Source: Paragordius varius
Lineage: Eukaryota; Animalia; Nematomorpha
NCBI GenBank assembly: GCA_964247055.1
Contig: OZ176051.1
Location: forward strand, 620,001 to 684,000
Length of the DNA stretch: 64,000 nt
Direction: 5' to 3'
Position 1 is the stretch's first letter, and each line of letters begins with the position of its first letter. Of this stretch, positions 40,555 through 54,500 are shown piece after piece. The notes beneath the pieces were generated by a model. That model worked only from the letters and a program-made list of their open reading frames with translations. It had not been told where the DNA came from and made no database searches. Position numbers and translations under genes: made by a program.

Positions 40555-43500
40555 ACAAAATTATTTTTTATACATTCTCTTAGTAAGACTACATCAAAAT
40601 ATAGAGATAATTTGACAAACTCTTTCATATCCGATTTTTACAACGATACTTTAAAAATAAATGTGTTAAACTAGTCGCATCAATACTCAAGCTAAAACAT
40701 TGTCCTAAATCGGATATTGGTCACCTGTGAACAAAACTATTTTTTATACCGTCTCTTAGTAAGACTACCTCAAAATATAGAGATAGTTTGACAAACTCTT
40801 TCATATCCGATTTTTACAACGATACTTTAAAAATTAATGTATAAAACTAGTCGTATCAATAAATCGCATCAATACTCAAGTTAAACTTTCTCCTTAAAAA
40901 TCGGATATTGGTCACCGGTGAACAAAATTATTTTTTATACATTCTCTTAGTAAGACTACATCAAAATATAGAGATAGTTTGACAAACTCTTTCATATCCG
41001 ATTTTTACAACGATACTTTAAAAATTAATGTATAAAACTAGTCCTATCAATAAATCGCATCAATACTCAAGTTAAACTTTCTCCTTAAAAATCGGATATT
41101 GGTCACCGGTGAACAAAATTATTTTTTATACATTCTCTTAGTAAGACTACATCAAAATATAGAGATAGTTTGACAAACTCTTTCATATCCGATTTTTACA
41201 ACGATACTTTAAAAATTAATGTGTTAAACTAGTCGCATCAATACTCAAGTTAAACTTTGTCCTCAAAAATCAGATATTGGTCATAGGTGAACAAAATTAT
41301 TTTTTATACATTCTCTTAGTAAGACTACATCAAAATATAGAAATAGTTTGATAAACTCTTTCATATCCGATTTTTACAACGATACTTTAAAAATTAATGT
41401 ATTAAACTAGTCGCATCAATACTCAAGCTAAAACATTGTCCTTAAAAATCGGATATTGGTCACCTGTGAACAAAACTATTTTTTATACCGTCTCTTAGTA
41501 AGACTACATCAAAATATAGAGATAGTTTGACAAACTCTTTCATATCCGATTTTTACAACGATACTTTAAAAATTATGGTATTAAACCAGTCGCATCAATA
41601 CTCAAGTTAAACTTTGTCCTTAAAAATCGGATATTGGTCACCGGTGAACAAAATTATTTTTTATACATTCTCTTAGTAAGACTACATCAAAATATAGAGA
41701 TAGTTTGACAAACTCTTTATATCCGATTTTTACAACGATACTTTAAAAATTATGGTATTAAACCAGTCGCATCAATACTCAAGTTAAACTTTGTCCTTAA
41801 AAATCGGATATTGGTCACGGTGAACAAAATTATTTTTTATACATTCTCTTAGTAAGACTACATCAAAATATAGAAATAGTTTGATAAACTCTTTCATATC
41901 CGATTTTTACAACGATACTTTAAAAATTAATGTATTAAACTAGTCGCATCAATACTCAAGCTAAAACATTGTCCTTAAAAATCGGATATTGGTCACCTGT
42001 GAACAAAACTATTTTTTATACCGTCTCTTAGTAAGACTACATCAAAATATAGAGATAGTTTGACAAACTCTTTCACATCCGATTTTTACAACGATACTTT
42101 AAAAATTAATGTATAAAACTAGTCGTATCAATAAATCGCATCAATACTCAAGTTAAACTTTCTCCTTAAAAATCGGATATTGGTCACCGGTGAACAAAAT
42201 TATTTTTTTTACATTCTCTTAGTAAGACTACATCAAAATATAGAGATAGTTTGACAAACTCTTTCATATCCGATTTTTACAACGATACTTTAAAAATTAA
42301 TGTATAAAACTAGTCCTATCAATAAATCGCATCAATACTCAAGTTAAACTTTCTCCTTAAAAATCGGATATTGGTCACCGGTGAACAAAATTATTTTTTA
42401 TACATTCTCTTAGTAAGACTACATCAAAATATAGAGATAGTTTGACAAACTCTTTCATATCCGATTTTTACAACGATACTTTAAAAATAAATGTGTTAAA
42501 CTAGTCGCATCAATACTCAAGTTAAACTTTGTCCTCAAAAATCAGATATTGGTCATAGGTGAACAAAATTATTTTTTATACATTCTCTTAGTAAGACTAC
42601 ATCAAAATATAGAGATAGTTTGACAAACTCTTTCATATCCGATTTTTACAACGATACTTTAAAAATTAATGTATAAAACTAGTCGCATCAATACTCAAGT
42701 TAAACTTTGTCCTTAAAAATCGGATATTGGTCACCGGTGAACAAAATTATTTTTTATACATTCTCTTAGTAAGACTACATCAAAATATAGAGATAATTTG
42801 ACAAACTCTTTCATATCCGATTTTTACAACGATACTTTAAAAATAAATGTGTTAAACTAGTCGCATCAATACTCAAGCTAAAACATTGTCCTAAATCGGA
42901 TATTGGTCACCTGTGAACAAAACTATTTTTTATACCGTCTCTTAGTAAGACTACCTCAAAATATAGAGATAGTTTGACAAACTCTTTCATATCCGATTTT
43001 TACAACGATACTTTAAAAATTAATGTATAAAACTAGTCGTATCAATAAATCGCATCAATACTCAAGTTAAACTTTCTCCTTAAAAATCGGATATTGGTCA
43101 CCGGTGAACAAAATTATTTTTTATACATTCTCTTAGTAAGACTACATCAAAATATAGAGATAGTTTGACAAACTCTTTCATATCCGATTTTTACAACGAT
43201 ACTTTAAAAATTAATGTATAAAACTAGTCCTATCAATAAATCGCATCAATACTCAAGTTAAACTTTCTCCTTAAAAATCGGATATTGGTCACCGGTGAAC
43301 AAAATTATTTTTTATACATTCTCTTAGTAAGACTACATCAAAATATAGAGATAGTTTGACAAACTCTTTCATATCCGATTTTTACAACGATACTTTAAAA
43401 ATTAATGTGTTAAACTAGTCGCATCAATACTCAAGTTAAACTTTGTCCTCAAAAATCAGATATTGGTCATAGGTGAACAAAATTATTTTTTATACATTCT

Positions 43501-46500
43501 CTTAGTAAGACTACATCAAAATATAGAAATAGTTTGATAAACTCTTTCATATCCGATTTTTACAACGATACTTTAAAAATTAATGTATTAAACTAGTCGC
43601 ATCAATACTCAAGCTAAAACATTGTCCTTAAAAATCGGATATTGGTCACCTGTGAACAAAACTATTTTTTATACCGTCTCTTAGTAAGACTACATCAAAA
43701 TATAGAGATAGTTTGACAAACTCTTTCATATCCGATTTTTACAACGATACTTTAAAAATTATGGTATTAAACCAGTCGCATCAATACTCAAGTTAAACTT
43801 TGTCCTTAAAAATCGGATATTGGTCACCGGTGAACAAAATTATTTTTTATACATTCTCTTAGTAAGACTACATCAAAATATAGAGATAGTTTGACAAACT
43901 CTTTATATCCGATTTTTACAACGATACTTTAAAAATTATGGTATTAAACCAGTCGCATCAATACTCAAGTTAAACTTTGTCCTTAAAAATCGGATATTGG
44001 TCACGGTGAACAAAATTATTTTTTATACATTCTCTTAGTAAGACTACATCAAAATATAGAGATAATTTGACAAACTCTTTCATATCCGATTTTTACAACG
44101 ATACTTTAAAAATTAATGTATAAAACTAGGCGTATCAATTAATCGCATCAATACTCAAGTTAAACTTTGTCCTTAAAAATCGGATATTGGTCACCGGTGA
44201 ACAAAATTATTTTTTATACATTCTCTTAGTAGGACTACATCAAAATATAGAGATAGTTTTGCAAACTGTTTCATATCCGATTTTTACAACGATACTTTAA
44301 AAATTAATGTATAAAACTAGTCGCATCAATACTCAAGTTAAACTCTGTCCTTAAAAATCGAATATTGGTCACCGGTGAACAAAATTATTTTTTATACATT
44401 CTCTTAGTAAGACTACATCAAAATATAGAAATAGTTTGATAAACTCTTTCATATCCGATTTTTACAACGATACTTTAAAAATTAATGTATTAAACTAGTC
44501 GCATCAATACTCAAGCTAAAACATTGTCCTTAAAAATCGGATATTGGTCACCTGTGAACAAAACTATTTTTTATACCGTCTTTTAGTAAGACTACATCAA
44601 AATATAGAGATAGTTTGACAAACTCTTTCATATCCGATTTTTACAACGATACTTTAAAAATTAATGTATAAAACTAGGCGTATCAATTAATCGCATCAAT
44701 ACTCAAGTTAAACTTTGTCCTTAAAAATCGGATATTGGTCACCGGTGAACAAAATTATTTTTTATACATTCTCTTAGTAGGACTACATCAAAATATAGAG
44801 ATAGTTTGACAAACTCTTTCATATCCGATTTTTACAACGATATTTTAAAAATTATGGTATTAAACCAGTCGCATCAATACTCAAGTTAAACTTTGTCCTT
44901 AAAAATCGGATATTGGTCACCGGTGAACAAAATTATTTTTTATACATTCTCTTAGTAAGACTACATCAAAATATAGAGATAGTTTGTCAAACTCTTTCAT
45001 ATCCGATTTTTACAACGATACTTTAAAAATTATTGTATTAAACCAGTCGCATCAATACTCAAGTTAAACTTTGTCCTTAAAAATCGGATATTGGTCACCG
45101 GTGAACAAAATTATTTTTTATACATTCTCTTAGTAGGACTACATCAAAATATAGAGATAGTTTCGCAAACTGTTTCATATCCAATTTTTACAACGATACT
45201 TTAAAAATTAATGTATAAAACTAGTCGCATCAATACTCAAGTTAAATTTTGTCCTTAAAAATCGGATATTGGTCACCGGTGAACAAAATTATTTTTTATA
45301 CATTCTCTTAGTAAGACTACATCAAAATATAGAGATAATTTGACAAACTCTTTCATATACGATTTTTACAACGATACTTTAAAAATTAATGTATAAAACT
45401 AGGCGTATCAATTAATCGCATCAATACTCAAGTTAAACTTTGTCCTTAAAAATCGGATATTGGTCACCGGTGAACAAAATTATTTTTTATACATTCTCTT
45501 AGTAGGACTACATCAAAATATAGAGATAGTTTTGCAAACTGTTTCATATCCGATTTTTACAACGATACTTTAAAAATTAATGTATAAAACTAGTCGCATC
45601 AATGCTCAAGTTAAACTCTGTATTTAAAAATCGAATATTGGTCACCGGTGAACAAAATTATTTTTTATACATTCTCTTAGTAAGACTACATCAAAATATA
45701 GAAATAGTTTGATAAACTATTTCATATCCGATTTTTACAACGATACTTTAAAAATTAATGTATTAAACTAGTCGCATCAATACTCAAGCTAAAACATTGT
45801 CCTTAAAAATCGGATATTGGTCACCTGTGAACAAAACTATTTTTTATACCGTCTCTTAGTAAGACTACATCAAAATATAGAGATAGTTTGACAAACTCTT
45901 TCATATCCGATTTTTACAACGATACTTTAAAAATTAATGTATAAAACTAGTCGTATCAATAAATCGCATCAATACTCAAGTTAAACTTTCTCCTTAAAAA
46001 TCGGATATTGGTCACCGTTGAACAAAATTATTTTTTATACATTATCTTAGTAAGACTACATCAAAATATAGAGATAGTTTGACAAACTCTTTCATATCCG
46101 ATTTTTACAACGATACTTTAAAAATTAATGTATAAAACTAGTCGTATCAATAAATCGCATCAATACTCAAGTTAAACTTTCTCCTTAAAAATCGGATATT
46201 GGTCACCGGTGAACAAAATTATTTTTTATACATTCTCTTAGTAAGACTACATCAAAATATAGAGATAGTTTGACAAACTCTTTCATATCCGATTTTTACA
46301 ACGATACTTTAAAAATTAATGTGTTAAACTAGTCGCATCAATACTCAAGTTAAACTTTGTCCTCAAAAATCAGATATTGGTCATAGGTGAACAAAATTAT
46401 TTTTTATACATTCTCTTAGTAAGACTACATTAAAATATAGAGATAGTTTGACAAACTCTTTCATATCCGATTTTTACAACGATACTGTAAAAATTAATGT

Positions 46501-48419
46501 ATAAAACTAGTCGCATCAATACTCAAGTTAAACTTTGTCCTCAAAAATCGAATATTGGTCACCGGTGAACAAAATTATTTTTTATACATTCTCTTAGTAA
46601 GACTACATCAAAATATAGAGATACTTTGACAAACTCTTTCATATCCGATTTTTACAACGATACTTTAAAAATTAATGTGTTAAACTAGTCGCATCAATAC
46701 TCAAGTTATACTTTGTCCTTAAAAATCGGATATTCGTCACCGGTGAACAAAATTATTTTTTATACATTCTCTTAGTAAGACTACATCAAAATATACAGAT
46801 AGTTTGACAAACTCTTTCATATCCGATTTTTACAACGATATTTTAAAAATTATGGTATTAAACCAGTCGCATCAATACTCAAGTTAAACTTTGTCCTTAA
46901 AAATCGGATATTGGTCACCGGTGAACAAAATTATTTTTTATACATTCTCTTAGTAAGACTACATCAAAATATAGAGATAGTTTGACAAACTCTTTCATAT
47001 CCGATTTTTACAACGATACTTTAAAAATTATGGTATTAAACCAGTCGCATCAATACTCAAGTTAAACTTTGTCCTTAAAAATCGGATATTGGTCACCGGT
47101 GAACAAAATTATTTTTTAGACATTCTCTTGGTAGGACTACATCAAAATATAGAGATAGTTTCGCAAACTGTTTCATATCCAATTTTTACAACGATACTTT
47201 AAAAATTAATGTATAAAACTAGTCGCATCAATACTCAAGTTAAACTTTGTCCTTAAAAATCGGATATTGGTCACCGGTGAACAAAATTATTTTTTATACA
47301 TTCTCTTAGTAAGACTACATCAAAATATAGAGATAATTTGACAAACTCTTTCATATCCGATTTTTACAACGATACTTTAAAAATTAATGTATAAAACTAG
47401 GCGTATCAATTAATCGCATCAATACTCAAGTTAAACTTTGTCCTTAAAAATCGGATATTGGTCACCGGTGAACAAAGTTATTTTTTATACATTCTCTTAG
47501 TAGGACTACATCAAAATATAGAGATAGTTTTGCAAACTGTTTCATATCCGATTTTTACAACGATACTTTAAAAATTAATGTATAAAACTAGTCGCATCAA
47601 TACTCAAGTTAAACTCTGTCCTTAAAAATCGAATATTGGTCACCGGTGAACAAAATTATTTTTTATACATTCTCTTAGTAAGACTACATCAAAATATAGA
47701 AATAGTTTGATAAACTCTTTCATATCCGATTTTTACAACGATACTTTAAAAATTAATGTATTAAACTAGTCGCATCAATACTCAAGCTAAAACATTGTCC
47801 TTAAAAATCGGATATTGGTCACCTGTGAACAAAACTATTTTTTATACCGTCTCTTAGTAAGACTACATCAAAATATAGAGATAGTTTGACAAACTCTTTC
47901 ATATCCGATTTTTACAACGATACTTTAAAAATTAATGTATAAAACTAGTCGTATCAATAAATCGCATCAATACTCAAGTTAAACTTTCTCCTTAAAAATC
48001 GGATATTGGTCACCGGTGAACAAAATTATTTTTTATACATTCTCTTAGTAAGACTACATCAAAATATAGAGATAGTTTGACAAACTCTTTCATATCCGAT
48101 TTTTACAACGATACTTTAAAAATTAATGTATAAAACTAGTCGTATCAATAAATCGCATCAATACTCAAGTTAAACTTTGTCCTTAAAAATCGGATATTGG
48201 TCACCGGTGAACAAAATTATTTTTTATACATTCTCTTAGTAAGACTACATCAAAATATACAGATAATTTGACAAACTCTTTCATATCCGATTTTTACAAC
48301 GATACTTTAAAATTAATGTATAAAACTAGGCGTATCAATTAATCGCATCAATACTCAAGTTAAACTTTGTCCTTAAAAATCGGATATTGGTCACCGGTGA
48401 ACAAAATTATTTTTTATAC

Positions 48420-51400
48420 ATTCTCTTAGTAGGACTACATCAAAATATAGAGATAGTTTTGCAAACTGTTTCATATCCGATTTTTACAACGATACTTTAA
48501 AAATTAATGTATAAAACTAGTCGCATCAATACTCAAGTTAAACTCTGTCCTTAAAAATCGAATATTGGTCACCGGTGAACAAAATTATTTTTTATACATT
48601 CTCTTAGTAAGACTACATCAAAATATAGAAATAGTTTGATAAACTCTTTCATATCCGATTTTTACAACGATACTTTAAAAATTAATGTATTAAACTAGTC
48701 GCATCAATACTCAAGCTAAAACATTGTCCTTAAAAATCGGATATTGGTCACCTGTGAACAAAACTATTTTTTATACCGTCTCTTAGTAAGACTACATCAA
48801 AATATAGAGATAGTTTGACAAACTCTTTCATATCCGATTTTTACAACGATACTTTAAAAATTAATGTATAAAACTAGTCGTATCAATAAATCGCATCAAT
48901 ACTCAAGTTAAACTTTCTCCTTAAAAATCGGATATTGGTCACCGGTGAACAAAATTATTTTTTATACATTCTCTTAGTAAGACTACATCAAAATATAGAT
49001 ATAGTTTGACAAACTCTTTTATATCCGATTTTTACAACGATACTTTAAAAATTAATGTATAAAACTAGTCGTATCAATAAATCGCATCAATACTCAAGTT
49101 AAACTTTCTCCTTAAAAATCGGATATTGGTCACCGGTGAACAAAATTATTTTTTATACATTCTCTTAGTAAGACTACATCAAAATATAGAGATAGTTTGA
49201 CAAACTCTTTCATATCCGATTTTTACAACGATACTTTAAAAATTAATGTGTTAAACTAGTCGCATCAATACTCAAGTTAAACTTTGTCCTCAAAAATCAG
49301 ATATTGGTCATAGGTGAACAAAATTATTTTTTATACATTCTCTTAGTATGACTACATCAAAATATAGAGATAGTTTGACAAACTGTTTCATATCCGATTT
49401 TTACAACGATACTGTAAAAATTAATGTATAAAACTAGTCGCATCAATACTCAAGTTAAACTTTGTCCTTAAAAATCGAATATTGGTCACCTGTGAACAAA
49501 ATTATTTTTTATACATTCTCTTAGTAAGACTACATCAAAATATAGAGATAGTTTGACAAACTCTTTCATATCCGATTTTTACAACGATACTTTAAAAATT
49601 AATGTGTTAAACTAGTCGCATCAATACTCAAGTTATACTTTGTCCTTAAAAATCGGATATTCCTCACCGGTGAACAAAATTATTTTTTATACATTCTCTT
49701 AGTAAGACTACATCAAAATATAGAGATAGTTTGACAAACTCTTTCATATCCGATTTTTACAACGATATTTTAAAAATTATGGTATTAAACCAGTCGCATC
49801 AATACTCAAGTTAAACTTTGTCCTTAAAAATCGGATATTGGTCACCGGTGAACAAAATTATTTTTTATACATTCTCTTAGTAAGACTACATCAAAATATA
49901 GAGATAATTTGACAAACTCTTTCATATCCGATTTTTACAACGATACTTTAAAAATTAATGTATAAAACTAGGCGTATCAATTAATCGCATCAATACTCAA
50001 GTTAAACTTTGTCCTTAAAAATCGGATATTGGTCACCGGTGAACAAAATTATTTTTTATACATTCTCTTAGTAGGACTACATCAAAATATAGAGATAGTT
50101 TTGCAAACTGTTTCATATCCGATTTTTACAACGATACTTTAAAAATTAATGTGTTAAACTAGTCGCATCAATACTCAAGTTAAACTTTGTCCTTAAAAAT
50201 CAGATATTGGTCACCGGTGAACAAAATTATTTTTTATACATTCTCTTAGTAAGACTACATCAAAATATAGAAATAGTTTGATAAACTCTTTCATATCCGA
50301 TTTTTACAACGATACTTTAAAAATTAATGTATTAAACTAGTCGCATCAATACTCAAGCTAAAACATTGTCCTTAAAAATCGGATATTGGTCACCTGTGAA
50401 CAAAACTATTTTTTATACCGTCTCTTAGTAAGACTACATCAAAATATAGAGATAGTTTGACAAACTCTTTCATATCCGATTTTTACAACGATACTTTAAA
50501 AATTAATGTATAAAACTAGTCGTATCAATAAATCGCATCAATACTCAAGTTAAACTTTCTCCTTAAAAATCGGATATTGGTCACCGGTGAACAAAATTAT
50601 TTTTATACATTCTCTTAGTAAGACTACATCAAAATATAGATATAGTTTGACAAACTCTTTTATATCCGATTTTTACAACGATACTTTAAAAATTAATGTA
50701 TAAAACTAGTCGTATCAATAAATCGCATCAATACTCAAGTTAAACTTTCTCCTTAAAAATCGGATATTGGTCACCGGTGAACAAAATTATTTTTTATACA
50801 TTCTCTTAGTAAGACTACATCAAAATATAGAGATAGTTTGACAAACTCTTTCATATCCGATTTTTACAACGATACTTTAAAAATTAATGTGTTAAACTAG
50901 TCGCATCAATACTCAAGTTAAACTTTGTCCTCAAAAATCAGATATTGGTCATAGGTGAACAAAATTATTTTTTATACATTCTCTTAGTATGACTACATCA
51001 AAATATAGAGATAGTTTGACAAACTCTTTCATATCCGATTTTTACAACGATATTTTAAAAATTATGGTATTAAACCAGTCGCATCAATACTCAAGTTAAA
51101 CTTTGTCCTTAAAAATCGGATATTGGTCACCGGTGAACAAAATTATTTTTTATACATTCTCTTAGTAAGACTACATCAAAATATAGAGATAATTTGACAA
51201 ACTCTTTCATATCCGATTTTTACAACGATACTTTAAAAATTAATGTATAAAACTAGGCGTATCAATTAATCGCATCAATACTCAAGTTAAACTTTGTCCT
51301 TAAAAATCGGATATTGGTCACCGGTGAACAAAATTATTTTTTATACATTCTCTTAGTAGGACTACATCAAAATATAGAGATAGTTTTGCAAACTGTTTCA

Positions 51401-51500
51401 TATCCGATTTTTACAACGATACTTTAAAAATTAATGTGTTAAACTAGTCGCATCAATACTCAAGTTAAACTTTGTCCTTAAAAATCAGATATTGGTCACC
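48420..51500. repeat. 9-monomer HOR, period 1641 bp; the second copy is internally shortened
   Basis: GATATAG...CTTTTATAT (48998/50639) and AGTATGAC (49349/50990) are offset by 1641. Confidence 0.82.
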
Positions 51501-51539
51501 GGTGAACAAAATTATTTTTTATACATTCTCTTAGTAAGA

Positions 51540-54500
51540 CTACATCAAAATATAGAGATAGTTTGACAAACTCTTTCATATCCGATTTTTACAACGATAC
51601 TTTAAAAATTATGGTATTAAACCAGTCGCATCAATACTCAAGTTAAACTTTGTCCTTAAAAATCGGATATTAGTCACCGGTGAACAAAATTAGTTTTTAT
51701 ACATTCTCTTAGTAAGACTACATCAAAATATAGAGATAGTTTGACAAACTCTTTCATATCCGATTTTTACAACGATACTTTAAAAATTAATGTATAAAAC
51801 TAGTCGTGTCAATAAATCGCATCAATACTCAAGTTAAACTTTCTCCTTAAAAATCGGATATTGGTCACCGGTGAACAAAATTAGTTTTTATACATTCTCT
51901 TAGTAAGACTACATCAAAATATAGAGATAGTTTGACAAACTCTTTCATATCCGATTTTTACAACGATACTTTAAAAATTAATGTATAAAACTAGTCGTAT
52001 CAATAAATCGCATCAATACTAAAGTTAAACTTTGTCCTTAAAAATCGGATATTGGTCACCGGTGAACAAAATTATTTTTTATACATTCTCTTAGTAGGAC
52101 TACATCAAAATATAGAGATAGTTTTGCAAACTGTTTCATATCCGATTTTTACAACGATACTTTAAAAATTAATGTATAAAACTAGTCGCATCAATACTCA
52201 AGTTAAACTCTGTCCTTAAAAATCGAATATTGGTCACCGGTGAACAAAATTATTTTTTATACATTCTCTTAGTAAGACTACATCAAAATATAGAAATAGT
52301 TTGATAAACTCTTTCATATCCGATTTTTACAACGATACTTTAAAAATTAATGTATTAAACTAGTCGCATCAATACTCAAGCTAAAACATTGTCCTTAAAA
52401 ATCGGATATTGGTCACCTGTGAACAAAACTATTTTTTATACCGTTTCTTAGTAAGACTACGTCAAAATATAGAGATAGTTTGACAAACTCTTTCATATCC
52501 GATTTTTACAACGATACTTTAAAAATTAATGTATAAAACTAGTCGTATCAATAAATCGCATCAATACTCAAGTTAAACTTTCTCCTTAAAAATCGGATAT
52601 TGGTCACCGGTGAACAAAATTATTTTTTATACATTCTCTTAGTAAGACTACATCAAAATATAGAGATAGTTTGACAAACTCTTTCATATCCGATTTTTAC
52701 AACGATACTTTAAAAATTAATGTATAAAACTAGTCGTATCAATAAATCGCATCAATACTCAAGTTAAACTTTCTCCTTAAAAATCGGATATTACTCACCG
52801 GTGAACCAAATTATTTTTTATACATTCTCTTAGTAAGACTACATCAAAATATAGAGATAGTTTGACAAACTCTTTCATATCCGATTTTTACAACGATACT
52901 TTAAAAATTAATGTGTTAAACTAGTCGCATCAATACTCAAGTTAAACTTTGTCCTCAAAAATCAGATATTGGTCATAGGTGAAAAATTATTTTTTATACA
53001 TTCTCTTAGTAAGACTACATCAAAATATAGAGATAGTTTGACAAACTCTTTCATATCCGATTTTTACAACGATACTGTAAAAATTAATGTATAAAACTAG
53101 TCGCATCAATACTCAAGTTAAACTTTGTCCTTAAAAATCGAATATTGGTCACCGGTGAACAAAATTATTTTTTATACATTCTCTTAGTAAGACTACATCA
53201 AAATATAGAGATAGTTTGACAAACTCTTTCATATCCGATTTTTACAACGATACTTTAAAAATTAATGTGTTAAACTAGTCGCATCAATACTCAAGTTATA
53301 CTTTGTCCTTAAAAATCGGATATTCGTCACCGGTGAACAAAATTATTTTTTATACATTCTCTTAGTAAGACTACATCAAAATATAGAGATAGTTTGACAA
53401 AATCTTTCATATCCGATTTTTACAACGATATTTTAAAAATTATGGTATTAAACCAGTCGCATCAATACTCAAGTTAAACTTTGTCCTTAAAAATCGGATA
53501 TTGGTCACCGGTGAACAAAATTATTTTTTATACATTCTCTTAGTAAGACTACATCAAAATATAGAGATAATTTGACAAACTCTTTCATATCCGATTTTTA
53601 CAACGATACTTTAAAAATTAATGTATAAAACTAGGCGTATCAATTAATCGCATCAATACTCAAGTTAAACTTTGTCCTTAAAAATCGGATATTGGTCACC
53701 GGTGAACAAAATTATTTTTTATACATTCTCTTAGTAGGACTACATCAAAATATAGAGATAGTTTGACAAACTCTTTCATATCCGATTTTTACAACGATAC
53801 TGTAAAAATTAATGTATAAAACTAGTCGCATCAATACTCAAGTTAAACTTTGTCCTTAAAAATCGAATATTGGTCACCGGTGAACAAAATTATTTTTTAT
53901 ACATTCTCTTAGTAAGACTACATCAAAATATAGAGATAGTTTGACAAACTCTTTCATATCCGATTTTTACAACGATACTTTAAAAATTAATGTGTTAAAC
54001 TAGTCGCATCAATACTCAAGTTAAACTTTGTCCTTAAAAATCAGATATTGGTCACCGGTGAACAAAATTATTTTTTATACATTCTCTTAGTAAGACTACA
54101 TCAAAATATAGAGATAGTTTGACAAACTCTTTCATATCCGATTTTTACAACGATACTTTAAAAATTATGGTATTAAACCAGTCGCATCAATACTCAAGTT
54201 AAACTTTGTCCTTAAAAATCGGATATTGGTCACCGGTGAACAAAATTAGTTTTTATACATTCTCTTAGTAAGACTACATCAAAATATAGAGATAGTTTGA
54301 CAAACTCTTTCATATCCGATTTTTACAACGATACTTTAAAAATTAATGTATAAAACTAGTCGTATCAATAAATCGCATCAATACTCAAGTTAAACTTTCT
54401 CCTTAAAAATCGGATATTGGTCACCGGTGAACAAAATTAGTTTTTATACATTCTCTTAGTAAGACTACATCAAAATATAGAGATAGTTTGACAAACTCTT

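Larger units (their letters stand above)
40398..40575. repeat. Representative consensus 178-bp monomer
   Basis: TCTCTT starts at 40398 and again at 40576. Hand count gives 20 G and 29 C in 178 bp (27.5% GC), with 5 CpG. Confidence 0.95.
39660..44031. repeat. 12-monomer HOR, period 2186 bp, 2 near-identical copies
   Basis: TTCACATCC (39890/42076), CTACCTC (40768/42954) and GATAAAC (39697/41883) are all offset by 2186. Confidence 0.93.

Noticed and set aside
40398-40575. 10-bp phased A-tracts (intrinsic curvature)
   Set aside because: Many A/T tracts are present, but their spacing by eye is irregular. This would need a curvature calculation to support.
40398-40575. tRNA, 5S rRNA, SINE or Pol III A/B-box origin; promoter or terminator calls
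   Set aside because: No B-box GTTCRANNC or cloverleaf was seen. TATA-like and T-run motifs are expected by chance at this AT content.
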